IMG/VR virus record: IMGVR_UViG_3300023314_000004
Location: 64,001 to 121,611 of that record
Source of the DNA: a virus
Taxonomy: Duplodnaviria > Heunggongvirae > Uroviricota > Caudoviricetes
Direction: 5' to 3' (one strand)
Length of the DNA: 57,611 bases
The notes below the pieces were generated by a model, which saw only the letters and a list, made by a program, of their open reading frames with translations, was not told where the DNA came from and made no database searches. This document shows, piece by piece, positions 29,501 through 39,290 of this stretch; within the stretch, counting starts at the first letter, position 1; the number at the start of each line of letters is the position of its first letter. The translations under genes and the position numbers were made by a program.

Positions 29501-29896
29501 ACCTATCCTTTCACTAAAATAGTGGATAGACAAACAGGTAAGATAAGGCTCTATAAAAGAGTAGATTCTTTTGATGACTATGGACAGAGATCGCCAGTTC
29601 TTATTAAGAAATCTTCTGGAGAGGATATAGATAGCTCTGTAGTACAAAATGTTGCTTATCAAGAAGTTACAGTTTTAGGCTCAGATAAAGTACAGGAATA
29701 CTATGCAGATTCCCTCACTTCTGCTTACAGTCCTAAAATAGAAGAACTTTCTGATGCCTCTATTATTAGAGCAATAGAAGCTACAGGACTTAAAACTTCA
29801 TATAAAAATATTTCCTCCCTTGAGGAAAATGAATTACCTTTAGAGGATACAATTACACCTCAAGATAAAATAAACTCCTGCTTAGGAAAATTATGA
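26579..29896 (+). CDS. Virion RNA polymerase catalytic part (DxDxD double-psi beta-barrel)
   Basis: GFRIPTQG and KAGSDFDVDKL (DFDVD at 27395-27409) are the crAss-like/phi14:2 gp66-type vRNAP signature. The frame is open from 26492, 87 nt upstream of this ATG. Confidence 0.9.
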   Translation: MDNGIPVDFIKANSKLNVDEIREAWAKSPNSKISSLIKEHNDTLIALAIKRSEKIFNKLGIKKDEFGYSYRDKAVVAEFILSELERRELPDNIKQGIGVKYNPDTNQKEFINPLESNVNYAKIKQILWSVIEKNLTRPKMSGGPKVQMSVAGTGNIKKTTINGKDVYVDDTLKFYSQGEGKTNACEIDLPYFFGQELRAKFPQFSTDEEFHSHLIDYLNKTEEGQSLLTGIGFRIPTQGLNSIEYFKVRKFLAPQLGDVVILPAEITTKAGSDFDVDKLNMYLKNWYIGKSGYPKVVKFRNINSNSTQELTDLYEYTLKNKRKAWDNNQSVSNLFGDIFPDSQEDIEYAPSLEEFLEQSKGKSSLELNSEEALQNKYYETLENLISLPENFEALITPNDASQMDNLSQDIQKLTNNIDKDITPGDLINSNFMAKKRNTMLASKGSVGISAVSSTNLALNQLNDITIEVPNSYVKNNVKIRLPHNTINGKPSLSSIKTTSRDFISNINSQVTDGTVDVAKKEWLPRMGFTDKMISTALLMNKWGTPIRNIAFFLNQPAIKTYMKEQEIYETMSLYNRNLRKKSQYELQDHVNKIIAPGQNIFALRKNKPQEYTLKMLEAMISKAPNELTKPEQALQLQILDDFLGYQAMAWQLFNVVQGYNYDTSRITSPEDVYAKEIAEEKAYSSTVDSYSKFVNNTYIGTIRNSVKDINNALKSLLNTQVGEAGNIIRSMSFDLKKHKGIGNNKDNYSKYMNKAEAALIDYIVQNAATINSQPLNTFIKPLLSSAASSAHYIQKLKQDIYNNSEHPLRNNKFLQNIITDIDVTNTSPSTVSIAEPDFDTFTSDSYTDQFRELLSSGATVQLTTPNTARTVGQVFENLVVAQILQNGSSRKAGSFFHLIPNEIYNEYASPVLNNIAISLSNFYDNGLFYRNNARDTKLVPVLRPDYESLTGENEFSRIPVNGKPILFVKSENYLTYPFTKIVDRQTGKIRLYKRVDSFDDYGQRSPVLIKKSSGEDIDSSVVQNVAYQEVTVLGSDKVQEYYADSLTSAYSPKIEELSDASIIRAIEATGLKTSYKNISSLEENELPLEDTITPQDKINSCLGKL

Positions 29897-32800
29897 TTTG
29901 TCCAAATACAAATAGCCCAGAGTGGAAAGAACTAGTTTCTAAAATAGGAACTTACAGAGCATTTGAAGAATTTATAAGGATTGGGGAAATACCAAATCCA
30001 AATAATTATACAGATGAATATACAGGTGTAAATACTACATTAAAAGTATTTAATGCTCTTACTTCCCCTAAAATAGAACAATTCTTTACTTCTCAATATC
30101 TAAAGGGGAATAAAGAAAAATTCTATAATGAAGTGAAAGCTATAGCTGGCTCTCAACAAACTGAGATGTTAAAGAACTTAGGAGATTTCTCCACTCTCAA
30201 TGACATGATTTCCAGCCTATTAGCTAATACAAGCTATACTATAGAAGTTAATACTGCTAAAGAGGGAGGAAATACAGGTAAAAATCAGGGTGTAGCTATA
30301 GCTGAGGCTAGAAGATCAGGTCTAACTTATGGAACAGTAGAATTTAATAATTTTATAAAGGATTACTTAGAAAAAAATGACGAAGAATACATTGAAAAAT
30401 CTACTTCCTACTATTCAAATCTCACAGTTTCGGGTGGAACTAATTATACAGAAAATGAAATAGCCACTCCAGCTATTATTCCTTCTATAAAAGGACATGC
30501 TCAGTTTGCTACAGATAAAGGAATAGGTTGGTTTAGAAGTGATGATAAAGTAAATAATCCTAATTTAGCAAGAGCTACTAAAATATGGCAAGAATATGTA
30601 GATAGAAATGCTTCGGAGGAAGAAATGACTAAAGTAAATGAAATGTATAATGAAGAAAAAGCAAAAGGAATACCTACTAAAACTCGTAGAATACTAGAAG
30701 TACAAAGTGATTTATTTCAGAAAGGTAGAGATAAGGATTTACTTGTAAATACTGATAATAAAATTCTTGATGGTAAAGATCAAAAAAATGAAAATGATTA
30801 TTATGTAGAAGATGAATATGATGATGGTCAATTTAGGATAAAAACTCCAGAAGGTATCTATTTTAGAAGTAATAATAATTATTTATTTAGGCCAAATAAT
30901 GGTACTGTTAAAGATAATAGTCAAGTATCAAAAAACGTATACTTTTCTAAAATAAAAGAAACACAAGGCATAGGAATAAAAGAAAATCAATTCTTACAAC
31001 TTCTAAATAAAGATAATGCTTGGGTAACATTCTTTGTTAAATCCATTATACAGGATAGTATTAAAAAAGAATATGAGAAAGTATTATTCCCTGTAGGAGA
31101 TACAGCAGCTAAAATTGAAGGCCATTCTACAGTTACTGAATATGTAGAAGTTAAAGAGAAAAGAAAACAAGAAATAATTGAAGAATCTAAAATTCCTCAA
31201 AAAAGTGAATCATGGAGTATAAGTTGGAAAGGTGAATGGGGAGGAATTGGAGGTATTTATGATACAAAAAAAGAAGCTGAAGATTATGCTAGAAGTGCAG
31301 GATATTCAGATTTTTCAAAGTTAGCTTTTAAAAGAAGTCAAATAAAACCTAGAGATTTTAAAATAGAATTAGATCAATTAGAAAAAGAAATAGAAGATGC
31401 TAAAGCAGGTAAATTAAAAATATCTTCTATAGCTAATTTCTATGAAAAACATATATTTAATATACTTAATAAACTTGGTACTGTTAAAAAAGTACAAGAT
31501 GAATATGGCAATAGTTGGAATGAAATAGATTTAAGTGAACAGAAAATAAGAGAATCTAGCACAAATATTTTATTTTCTCAGGGAAATACACTCTCTAAAG
31601 CTTCTGCTGCTACAGTGGAAAAAGTTAAAGAATGGCTCACTCGTTTAGGTATAGACATTCAAACTTTAGATACCGAAAGGTATAATGGAGTGAATGGAGT
31701 AGCTCAATTATTGAGCAATACTATTCAAATAGCTGAAGGAAAAGAAAATGTAGCTTTGCCAGAAGAAGGATTTCACTTCATAGTGGAAATACTTAAATCT
31801 ACCAATCCTATTTTATATAAAGCTATGCTTAATAAAATAGGTAATTATGCTTTATATAAAAATGTATTAGATAGTTATGGACAAAATAAAGCCTACCAAA
31901 ATGTAGATGGTTCTTTAAATATAATTAAACTTAAAGAAGAGGCTATAGGTAAAGTGCTGTCTGAATACTATATACAATCAGAAGATGGTATACAATCTAA
32001 ATATCTTGAGCAAACTAATTCTTGGTGGGAGCAAATTAAAGAATGGTTTATGGCTCTTATTAATCATGCAGAATTCAATCCATTCCAGGAAACTATAAAA
32101 CAATTGCCTAATATAGAAGGAAGTCCTCTAAAAGCCTTGGCAGATAGAATAGATCTTTCTGCTATAAAATCAGGTGTTTACAGACAAGTAATACAGGACG
32201 AAATAGAGAGAGGTAATTATTTAGAACCTCTGAACATGCTTAGAGATCAACTATCTGATCCTAATTCCTATGCACCTACACTAAGAGATTTCCTTAATGG
32301 AGACAGACAACTAGCTCAGGAGATAATGAATTCTGACCTATTTCAAATAGCCACTACTAAAGTGGATGAAGTATATAATAAATTTATAGAAGAGGATAAA
32401 AAATTAGCATTAGTAGGTCAAGGAACTTCTGATAGACATTACACCTATAATGGTGAAGGACATATTAAATCTGTTACGCAAAAAATTGATGATAGTAAAA
32501 GATGGGGGGAACCCACTCCAGAACAAATATTAAGAACGTCTCAAACAGGAGAATGGGGAACTGAGGGTCATAATTTCATTGCTAATTATATTACAGAAAA
32601 TCTTATAGATGAGAATGGTTTTAAAAGAGCACAACCTCTTAATACAACTGTTCCCACTCCTATCAATCCTGCAATACAGAACAAACTTAGGGATTTTGCC
32701 TCAGAATTAATTAATTCCTATCCAGATGGTACAAAATTCCTGATAGAAAAAAAAGTAATAAATCAAAAAGAAAAAGGAGGATTAGCTGGAACAGTAGATT

Positions 32801-35800
32801 TTGTAGCTGTATTTCCTGTAGGAGAAGATGTTAAAGTAGATATATTAGATTGGAAATTCGTTAATATAGCTGAAGGATCTGAAGATATTCCTTTCTATAA
32901 AATAGAAAAATGGAAAAAACAGATAGGAGAATACATCACTATAGTTAAACAATACGGACTTACTTCTAAACAATTAGGAAAAGCTCGTATGGTCCCTTTT
33001 GCTACTAAATATATTTATAATAAAAAAGGAGATGATAAATCAGGGATTAAACTTTCTTCTATAGAAATAGGTGATAGAGAAACTAAAAAACTATATCTAC
33101 TCCCTGTTCCTTCTAATGAGGAATCTACAGGTAATTCCCAAATAGACAAACTCCTCATTTCCCTTAGAGGTCAGTATAAGAAAATATATGATAAACCTGT
33201 ATCTGAACAAGAAAGAGCTACTAAGAACGAACAATTAAACCAATTAGCTCGTTCTATAAGAACTCTCCATATTCAAATGAATTTTGATCCATTAGCTATA
33301 GAGGGCATAAGATTTGAATTAAATGCAGATAGAATAATTAATAAACTTACTAAAGTAGATTTTTCTAAACTTCCTCTGTCTGAGATTAACAATAACTTAA
33401 AAGAACTGTTAGAATTAGAAAAGACAGCTGAGACATATTCTGATTTAGATCAAGTGTTTATATCAGCCTATCCTAAGGATGAGCTAAATGATGAACAAAA
33501 GAAAACACTTACAAAATTTGAGAAAGTAGCTAAATCTACAGATAGGTTAATTCTGGCAATTAGAGATTTACAATCCAGTGCTTCAGCAGCTATAGCTATT
33601 AAAGAAGGAATTTTAAAAACTTCTTTAGAAGAAGCTACAGAAAATATTCTTTCCCCGGAATTAGAATTGCAAGGACTAGGTAAAACCTTCCTTGAAGGAA
33701 CTCAATTGTCTAATAGAGTTATTAACTTAGCTAGCAATCTACTCTTAAACAGCAAGAGTAAACAATATCAGGAAGAAAGAAAATTAGCTAAACAATTTGA
33801 AGACTTATTCACTCCTTTCCTAGAGGCTACTAAATCTCTTAAAGATCCTATAGATGCTATTAGGGATATGTCTTCTTCTACTTTAAAGCTTATTCGTAAG
33901 ATAGATAAACAAGTTTATAAGGACGCTCAGGAAGCTAGAGAAGGTAAAAATAAGAAATTCTTTTTAGAGAATATGGATATGTCCATATATAACAAATTAG
34001 TTGAGGACAAAATGGCATCTTCTACTAAGAATATAATGGAAACTTTGTATAGTAATGATTCTACTGAAAATCTGGATATACAAGAAGGGAACATAGAAAA
34101 ATTACGTAATTCTATAGATATTAATTCAAAGGAATTTAACGGTTGGAATGATTATAATTTTAAATATTTCTTCAACCAAAGTATAGATGAAGCTAAACAC
34201 ACTTCTAACGAATATAAGGAGATGGCTAGAAATCCTGCCATTTTAGCAGTGTGGAATTTTTATACTAACCTCAATAAAAGAGCTAGAGATAGTGGATTTA
34301 TTGATAAACAAGGATTAGGATTTATAGCTCTTATACAAGGAAATATTATAGAAAGACTGTCTAAAGCTGATAATATATACAAAGAAACTCAAAAATTAAT
34401 TAAAGATGGGTATATTGTAAATGTAAATGAAAGACTTTCTCATGCTCAAATTGATCCTGAAACTGGTAAAATAGTAAAAAGAGTACCTAGATTATTTACA
34501 ACTACAGATAAAGAAATATCTCAACTATCTAAAGACCTTTCTAAAATAACAGGACCTTGGATACATGCCCTTCTTTCTTATGAGACACAATCTGAATTAG
34601 AAAACATTCTGCTCACTTTACACGAAGTGGAACAAAGTAAAGGACATTTACAATTAGATCCTGCTACCAAAAAAGTGATATTTGAGAATAGTGAACCTAA
34701 AATGTTTGAGGGAAATGAGAAAAATGCTGCTCTCCTAGAAAAAATGATTGATGACTATATATATGGTATAACTGAGGATAACAACACTCTCCTCGATGCA
34801 GCTATATCTAAAGGAAAGGGAACAGAGGAAGAGAAAGAAAAGAAGAAACTTCAAGGTAAAAAAATACTCCGAGCTGGTAATGCATGGACACAAATGCTTG
34901 CTACAGGTGGTAAACTTATGGTAGCTCTTCCTAACTTTGTGGGAGGTAAATTACAGGCAGCTATTAATGCAGGAACTTTCTATAAAGGAAGAGAATTTGA
35001 AAAGAACACTAATCTATTAATGATAGGACAATCCCTATCTAATGTGGATAAAGCTCTTATTCATATGATACATCCACTAAATGAGGATGTGTCCCTGGAA
35101 AATACTCGTAATATAGCTAAAAAACAATCTACACTTAAATGGTTATCAACTTGGTCTATACAAGATGCTATGCAGTCAATGAATAGGTTTGGAGATAGAA
35201 TGTTAGAAATGACTAATGCTAAGACATTTAATGACAATTCTATGATAATGGATGGTAAAATTATAAATATACGTCAATATGTAGGTAGACAAGATGCAAG
35301 AAAATATGGACTTTCAGAATCAGAAAGAAGAGAAATAGAAGGAACTTTTGAACAAAGAGTGAAGGATTTAAAAGAAAGCTCTTCCCTCTCTAAAACTCTG
35401 CAATTTAATGAACACGGAGAATTAGATATACCTGTCTCTCCGGAAGAATTAGCTAAATATAGAACACTTGTTGTAGAATATGGTAGAAAAATATCTGGTC
35501 AAATGTCCAGAGATAATAAAGCTGATTACACTAGATCTGCTATATTCCGTTCTTTCATGATGTTTAAAAACTGGATACCTAAACAAGTATCCCTTAGAAC
35601 TCTTGATATTAAGAAAAATAATGAATTAGATACTTGGGAATACGGTAGAACTCGTCTGTTTGTAAAAGTTTGGTCTCATCTTGGATGGAGAAATATTCTC
35701 TCTATGAGAAATATCATCTCTGGCAATGAGAAAGGGTTAGCTACTATGAAAGAAATATTGGATGAAAAGAAAGAAGCCTATTACCAAGCTACAGGTCAAG

Positions 35801-36294
35801 AACTAGAAATTACAGAGGAAGAATTTTATGATTTAGTACGTAAAGAATTATATTCTCAATCTAAAGAACTCACTATGCTTTTAGGTGTTCTTTCTTTATT
35901 CCTCTCAGCTAAATTAGCTGCTCCGGATGATGACGATGATGAAATTACTAAGAATAGGTATAAATGGTGGAGAAAACTCACTAATAAAATATCAGATGAA
36001 GTAGCCTTTTACTATAATCCCGCTTCAGCTGATAGTATCACTCGTGGTTCAATCATCCCATCTTTAGGATTATTAAATAAAGTACAGAAGTTTATTAAAT
36101 CTCTTGAAGAAGAAACAAGAGGACATGTAATAGACGATGAAGATTTAATAGATAAAAATCATCCCCTTAAATATTTCTTTAATATAGTTCCAGGAGCATC
36201 TCAGCTTCAAAATGAAATACTACCTTATGTAGCTCCTGACATGGCTAAAGATATGGGCATTAGGGTGACAGAAGAAGCTCGTCAAGGACAATAA
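29893..36294 (+). CDS. Giant ejection protein / vRNAP partner with PD-(D/E)xK nuclease-like domain
   Basis: 2133 aa; ICPN...EWKEL N-terminus, EVQSD motif, degenerate zincin EEGFH (31762-31776), GTEGH...IEKK...GTVDF...ILDWK nuclease-like motifs (about 32550-32860), hydrophobic C-terminal helices. Confidence 0.7.
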   Translation: MICPNTNSPEWKELVSKIGTYRAFEEFIRIGEIPNPNNYTDEYTGVNTTLKVFNALTSPKIEQFFTSQYLKGNKEKFYNEVKAIAGSQQTEMLKNLGDFSTLNDMISSLLANTSYTIEVNTAKEGGNTGKNQGVAIAEARRSGLTYGTVEFNNFIKDYLEKNDEEYIEKSTSYYSNLTVSGGTNYTENEIATPAIIPSIKGHAQFATDKGIGWFRSDDKVNNPNLARATKIWQEYVDRNASEEEMTKVNEMYNEEKAKGIPTKTRRILEVQSDLFQKGRDKDLLVNTDNKILDGKDQKNENDYYVEDEYDDGQFRIKTPEGIYFRSNNNYLFRPNNGTVKDNSQVSKNVYFSKIKETQGIGIKENQFLQLLNKDNAWVTFFVKSIIQDSIKKEYEKVLFPVGDTAAKIEGHSTVTEYVEVKEKRKQEIIEESKIPQKSESWSISWKGEWGGIGGIYDTKKEAEDYARSAGYSDFSKLAFKRSQIKPRDFKIELDQLEKEIEDAKAGKLKISSIANFYEKHIFNILNKLGTVKKVQDEYGNSWNEIDLSEQKIRESSTNILFSQGNTLSKASAATVEKVKEWLTRLGIDIQTLDTERYNGVNGVAQLLSNTIQIAEGKENVALPEEGFHFIVEILKSTNPILYKAMLNKIGNYALYKNVLDSYGQNKAYQNVDGSLNIIKLKEEAIGKVLSEYYIQSEDGIQSKYLEQTNSWWEQIKEWFMALINHAEFNPFQETIKQLPNIEGSPLKALADRIDLSAIKSGVYRQVIQDEIERGNYLEPLNMLRDQLSDPNSYAPTLRDFLNGDRQLAQEIMNSDLFQIATTKVDEVYNKFIEEDKKLALVGQGTSDRHYTYNGEGHIKSVTQKIDDSKRWGEPTPEQILRTSQTGEWGTEGHNFIANYITENLIDENGFKRAQPLNTTVPTPINPAIQNKLRDFASELINSYPDGTKFLIEKKVINQKEKGGLAGTVDFVAVFPVGEDVKVDILDWKFVNIAEGSEDIPFYKIEKWKKQIGEYITIVKQYGLTSKQLGKARMVPFATKYIYNKKGDDKSGIKLSSIEIGDRETKKLYLLPVPSNEESTGNSQIDKLLISLRGQYKKIYDKPVSEQERATKNEQLNQLARSIRTLHIQMNFDPLAIEGIRFELNADRIINKLTKVDFSKLPLSEINNNLKELLELEKTAETYSDLDQVFISAYPKDELNDEQKKTLTKFEKVAKSTDRLILAIRDLQSSASAAIAIKEGILKTSLEEATENILSPELELQGLGKTFLEGTQLSNRVINLASNLLLNSKSKQYQEERKLAKQFEDLFTPFLEATKSLKDPIDAIRDMSSSTLKLIRKIDKQVYKDAQEAREGKNKKFFLENMDMSIYNKLVEDKMASSTKNIMETLYSNDSTENLDIQEGNIEKLRNSIDINSKEFNGWNDYNFKYFFNQSIDEAKHTSNEYKEMARNPAILAVWNFYTNLNKRARDSGFIDKQGLGFIALIQGNIIERLSKADNIYKETQKLIKDGYIVNVNERLSHAQIDPETGKIVKRVPRLFTTTDKEISQLSKDLSKITGPWIHALLSYETQSELENILLTLHEVEQSKGHLQLDPATKKVIFENSEPKMFEGNEKNAALLEKMIDDYIYGITEDNNTLLDAAISKGKGTEEEKEKKKLQGKKILRAGNAWTQMLATGGKLMVALPNFVGGKLQAAINAGTFYKGREFEKNTNLLMIGQSLSNVDKALIHMIHPLNEDVSLENTRNIAKKQSTLKWLSTWSIQDAMQSMNRFGDRMLEMTNAKTFNDNSMIMDGKIINIRQYVGRQDARKYGLSESERREIEGTFEQRVKDLKESSSLSKTLQFNEHGELDIPVSPEELAKYRTLVVEYGRKISGQMSRDNKADYTRSAIFRSFMMFKNWIPKQVSLRTLDIKKNNELDTWEYGRTRLFVKVWSHLGWRNILSMRNIISGNEKGLATMKEILDEKKEAYYQATGQELEITEEEFYDLVRKELYSQSKELTMLLGVLSLFLSAKLAAPDDDDDEITKNRYKWWRKLTNKISDEVAFYYNPASADSITRGSIIPSLGLLNKVQKFIKSLEEETRGHVIDDEDLIDKNHPLKYFFNIVPGASQLQNEILPYVAPDMAKDMGIRVTEEARQGQ

Positions 36295-36368
36295 CCTATT
36301 ATTGCCATATAAGCTCCACATATAATATATTCCTTGTTTTATTCCTTTATATAAATTACTTTTACAAC

Positions 36369-37385
36369 ATGCCCTGTAAGATAGACTTATGTTCCTATTC
36401 ACCTGTGAAATCTTGTGATGCCTTAGGTATTAACCAAAGGTTTAGCTTGTTATTTGAGGAAGTATGTGCATTAAAAAATACAGGAAATAGTTATATCCTC
36501 CCTATTGCAACATCTTCTATACTTGGAGGAATAAAAGTTGGTACAGGATTAACTATAGATCCTATTACAGGCATACTCTCTACAACTATAGTTCCTACTC
36601 AAGAGTTATTTCAAGCAGATATTACTGTCAGTTTGGCAGGAGGCAAAACATTAGGAAGATATACAAATGGACAAGTAATTGAATCTCAAGGACTTACAGC
36701 AGAAGAAGTAATTAATTTACTAGCTCATGAATACAGCTCCCCTACTTTCTCTTCTTTCCTTATACAAGGACAAGCAACGACAGTGGAGGTAGGGACAGTG
36801 CTAACAACTCCTGCAACATTTGTTTGGGGAATAAATACTAATTCAGGAATTGTAAATACAATAGATATTAAGGATGTTACAGCTGGAACTACACTAGTTT
36901 CTAACACACCAAATGATTTATCACAATCTGTAGCTTTAGGTCCTGTTACATTTACAACAGCAGGAGCTACAAGAATATATAAAGGAACATTGCACGATAC
37001 AGGTACTTCACCATCAGATGTGGATTCTCTTCCATTTACTGTCACTGGTAGATTTTATAGGTTTTGGGGAGCTGTTGCAATAAGACCAGCTAATTCAGCT
37101 GCTGTAAGATCTCTTAATTCTGGATTTCAAGTTCCAGGGAATACTTTTGTTCTTACTACAGGAACAACTCAAAATAAATTTTCTGTAAATCTACCTCCAG
37201 GTGTAACAATAACATCTGTTATAGATACAGGAAACTTAAATGTTAATATAACAAGTGAATATGTCCTTGTAGGAACAGTGATAGTTACAGATGCTGGTGG
37301 TTCTGCCCGTGTGTATAATCAATACGAAATGAATACAGCTGTTCCATATAATTTTTCAACCACTCATTCTATAACCACTTCCTAG
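36369..37385 (+). CDS. Head/tail fibre-type structural protein
   Basis: YILPIATSSILGGIKVGTGLTID fibre repeat motif; Thr/Gly-rich Ig-like beta C-terminus. Confidence 0.6.
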   Translation: MPCKIDLCSYSPVKSCDALGINQRFSLLFEEVCALKNTGNSYILPIATSSILGGIKVGTGLTIDPITGILSTTIVPTQELFQADITVSLAGGKTLGRYTNGQVIESQGLTAEEVINLLAHEYSSPTFSSFLIQGQATTVEVGTVLTTPATFVWGINTNSGIVNTIDIKDVTAGTTLVSNTPNDLSQSVALGPVTFTTAGATRIYKGTLHDTGTSPSDVDSLPFTVTGRFYRFWGAVAIRPANSAAVRSLNSGFQVPGNTFVLTTGTTQNKFSVNLPPGVTITSVIDTGNLNVNITSEYVLVGTVIVTDAGGSARVYNQYEMNTAVPYNFSTTHSITTS

Positions 37386-39290
37386 ATGCCATTTAATATA
37401 CCCTTTGGAATAGGAAGAGTAAATCCAGTTCCTCTACAAAAAGATTATTATAATACTAGTGATACAGTTTATACAGATATTGCTCAAGTAAATAGTCAAA
37501 TACCTCAAGTACTTAGATATGTAGGTCTTACGGTAAATATTGGAACAGATGAATATTGGTATAAGAATGGAGTTACTAACGGAGACTTAATATTAAAACA
37601 ATCCGGAGGAGGTGGAGGTAGTGTAAATTCTGTAACAGGAACCTATGTAAATAACACAGATCCATCTAATCCTGTAGTATTAGCTCAAAATTTACAGGAT
37701 ACTACAGACATAGGAGCAACAACGACTAATCCTATATTTATAAATAGTGATTCTGGTAAAATTGAAATAACTGCTACCACTGATAATTTAAAATCAGCTA
37801 AACTTGGTGTAGATGATAGCAGTGGTTACTTATACTTAAGTGGTCCATTATTACAAAATTCCACTCTTAAAGTTGATAATATTGATGCTTTTACACCAAG
37901 AATTCATCAACTTCCAAATATAGATGGTAATTTAGCTGTTTCAGTTAACGGAACATTTGCAGATACAGCTGGTAATATAACATTAATTATTCCAGATACT
38001 GGTGTGCAATCTGTAACAGGAGATGCTGTTGATAATACAGATCCTCTTAATCCTGTTATTAATTTTCCAAGCAGTACATTAAATTTACAAGAAGTTACTG
38101 ATAATGGAAATACCACTACAAATGATATAACTATAGGTGGAATTTTACAAGTTGGAAGTTACATAAATTCCTTTGGTTTTATAAGAACTACTAGTAGTTT
38201 CTTAGGAGTTGGTCTTACTTTAGCTCCTGCCATTGGCACAGACAACACCTATATTATAAGTGTATGTGATACTTTTAATAATAAATTTGCATTATATGGT
38301 ACACCACAGGGATACACTGGTGGATCAGCTGGATTTGAAAATGGGGCTACTTGGATATTAGACTCAGAGCAAGGACGTGTTAAAACTGATCATTTAATAG
38401 CTAGAACAGATATAACTTTAGTAGCAGGGGCTTCAAATGGTTATGTTCTTACATCAGATGTAAATGGAGTGGGTACATGGCAACCTTCTTCAGGTGGAGG
38501 TGGTACGAACTACTGGACTGCTTCGGGAGATAATATATTTAACAATAATATTGGAAATATTGGAATAAATAATTCAAGTCCTTCTGAAAAATTAGATATA
38601 ATAGGTAGACTTAAAATACAAACTGGAATCGACGATGATGGTTTATATGTAGTTGCTGAAGAAAGTCAAAATGTTAGAATATCCTTAAGTAGAGAAGATG
38701 AAGAAGGAGCTGGTAGAATTATTTTAGTAGATGCTTCAGATCAGGGAACAGTATATTTAAATGCTAAATCGGGTGGTTCTATTGGAATAGGAGCTAATCC
38801 AGATTTAGGTATTAACTTACAAGTAAATGGTAATTTAAGATTTATTACAGGAGCAGAAGGAGCTAATAAAGTATTAACTTCAGATTCAGACGGTAATGCA
38901 GAATGGATGCTACCTTCAGTAAGTGCTGGTGTTCAAACAGTTACAGGAACTCTGGTGGATAACACTGATCCACAAAATCCAATTATTAATGATACAATAC
39001 TATCTAAAAATGTATTTGTAAGTTCAGGTACAAGTCAGGCTTACACGATTCCAGCAGGATTTACACTAGATAAAATAATTGTAGCTCCCCCCTCTAATTG
39101 CAATCCTATTGTTTCCTATACAGCAGGAACTACAGGAGATATAATTCCTCAAGACTTATCCACTCCAGTAACTGCTACAGATGGTATATTATACGTAGTC
39201 AATTTATTAATGCTAACAGCTAAATCTGTCACAGTTTCCTCTATACCTGTAGGAACAACAGTTACATTTATTAAAATGGATATATCATAA
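37386..39290 (+). CDS. Tail fibre protein with internal repeats
   Basis: Three V(N/Q)(S/T)VTG..V(N/D)NTDP.NP repeats, two LQ(D/E)(T/V)TD.G.TTTN repeats, two VLTSD..G...W repeats, IGIG.N-type fibre motifs. Confidence 0.7.
   Translation: MPFNIPFGIGRVNPVPLQKDYYNTSDTVYTDIAQVNSQIPQVLRYVGLTVNIGTDEYWYKNGVTNGDLILKQSGGGGGSVNSVTGTYVNNTDPSNPVVLAQNLQDTTDIGATTTNPIFINSDSGKIEITATTDNLKSAKLGVDDSSGYLYLSGPLLQNSTLKVDNIDAFTPRIHQLPNIDGNLAVSVNGTFADTAGNITLIIPDTGVQSVTGDAVDNTDPLNPVINFPSSTLNLQEVTDNGNTTTNDITIGGILQVGSYINSFGFIRTTSSFLGVGLTLAPAIGTDNTYIISVCDTFNNKFALYGTPQGYTGGSAGFENGATWILDSEQGRVKTDHLIARTDITLVAGASNGYVLTSDVNGVGTWQPSSGGGGTNYWTASGDNIFNNNIGNIGINNSSPSEKLDIIGRLKIQTGIDDDGLYVVAEESQNVRISLSREDEEGAGRIILVDASDQGTVYLNAKSGGSIGIGANPDLGINLQVNGNLRFITGAEGANKVLTSDSDGNAEWMLPSVSAGVQTVTGTLVDNTDPQNPIINDTILSKNVFVSSGTSQAYTIPAGFTLDKIIVAPPSNCNPIVSYTAGTTGDIIPQDLSTPVTATDGILYVVNLLMLTAKSVTVSSIPVGTTVTFIKMDIS

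Noticed and set aside
17526-36294. Giant-virus or eukaryotic origin suggested by very large ORFs and RCC1/PKD-like domains
   Set aside because: Bacteroidota promoters, Gln-rule signal peptides, coupled operons and the crAss-type vRNAP and tail block indicate a bacteriophage.
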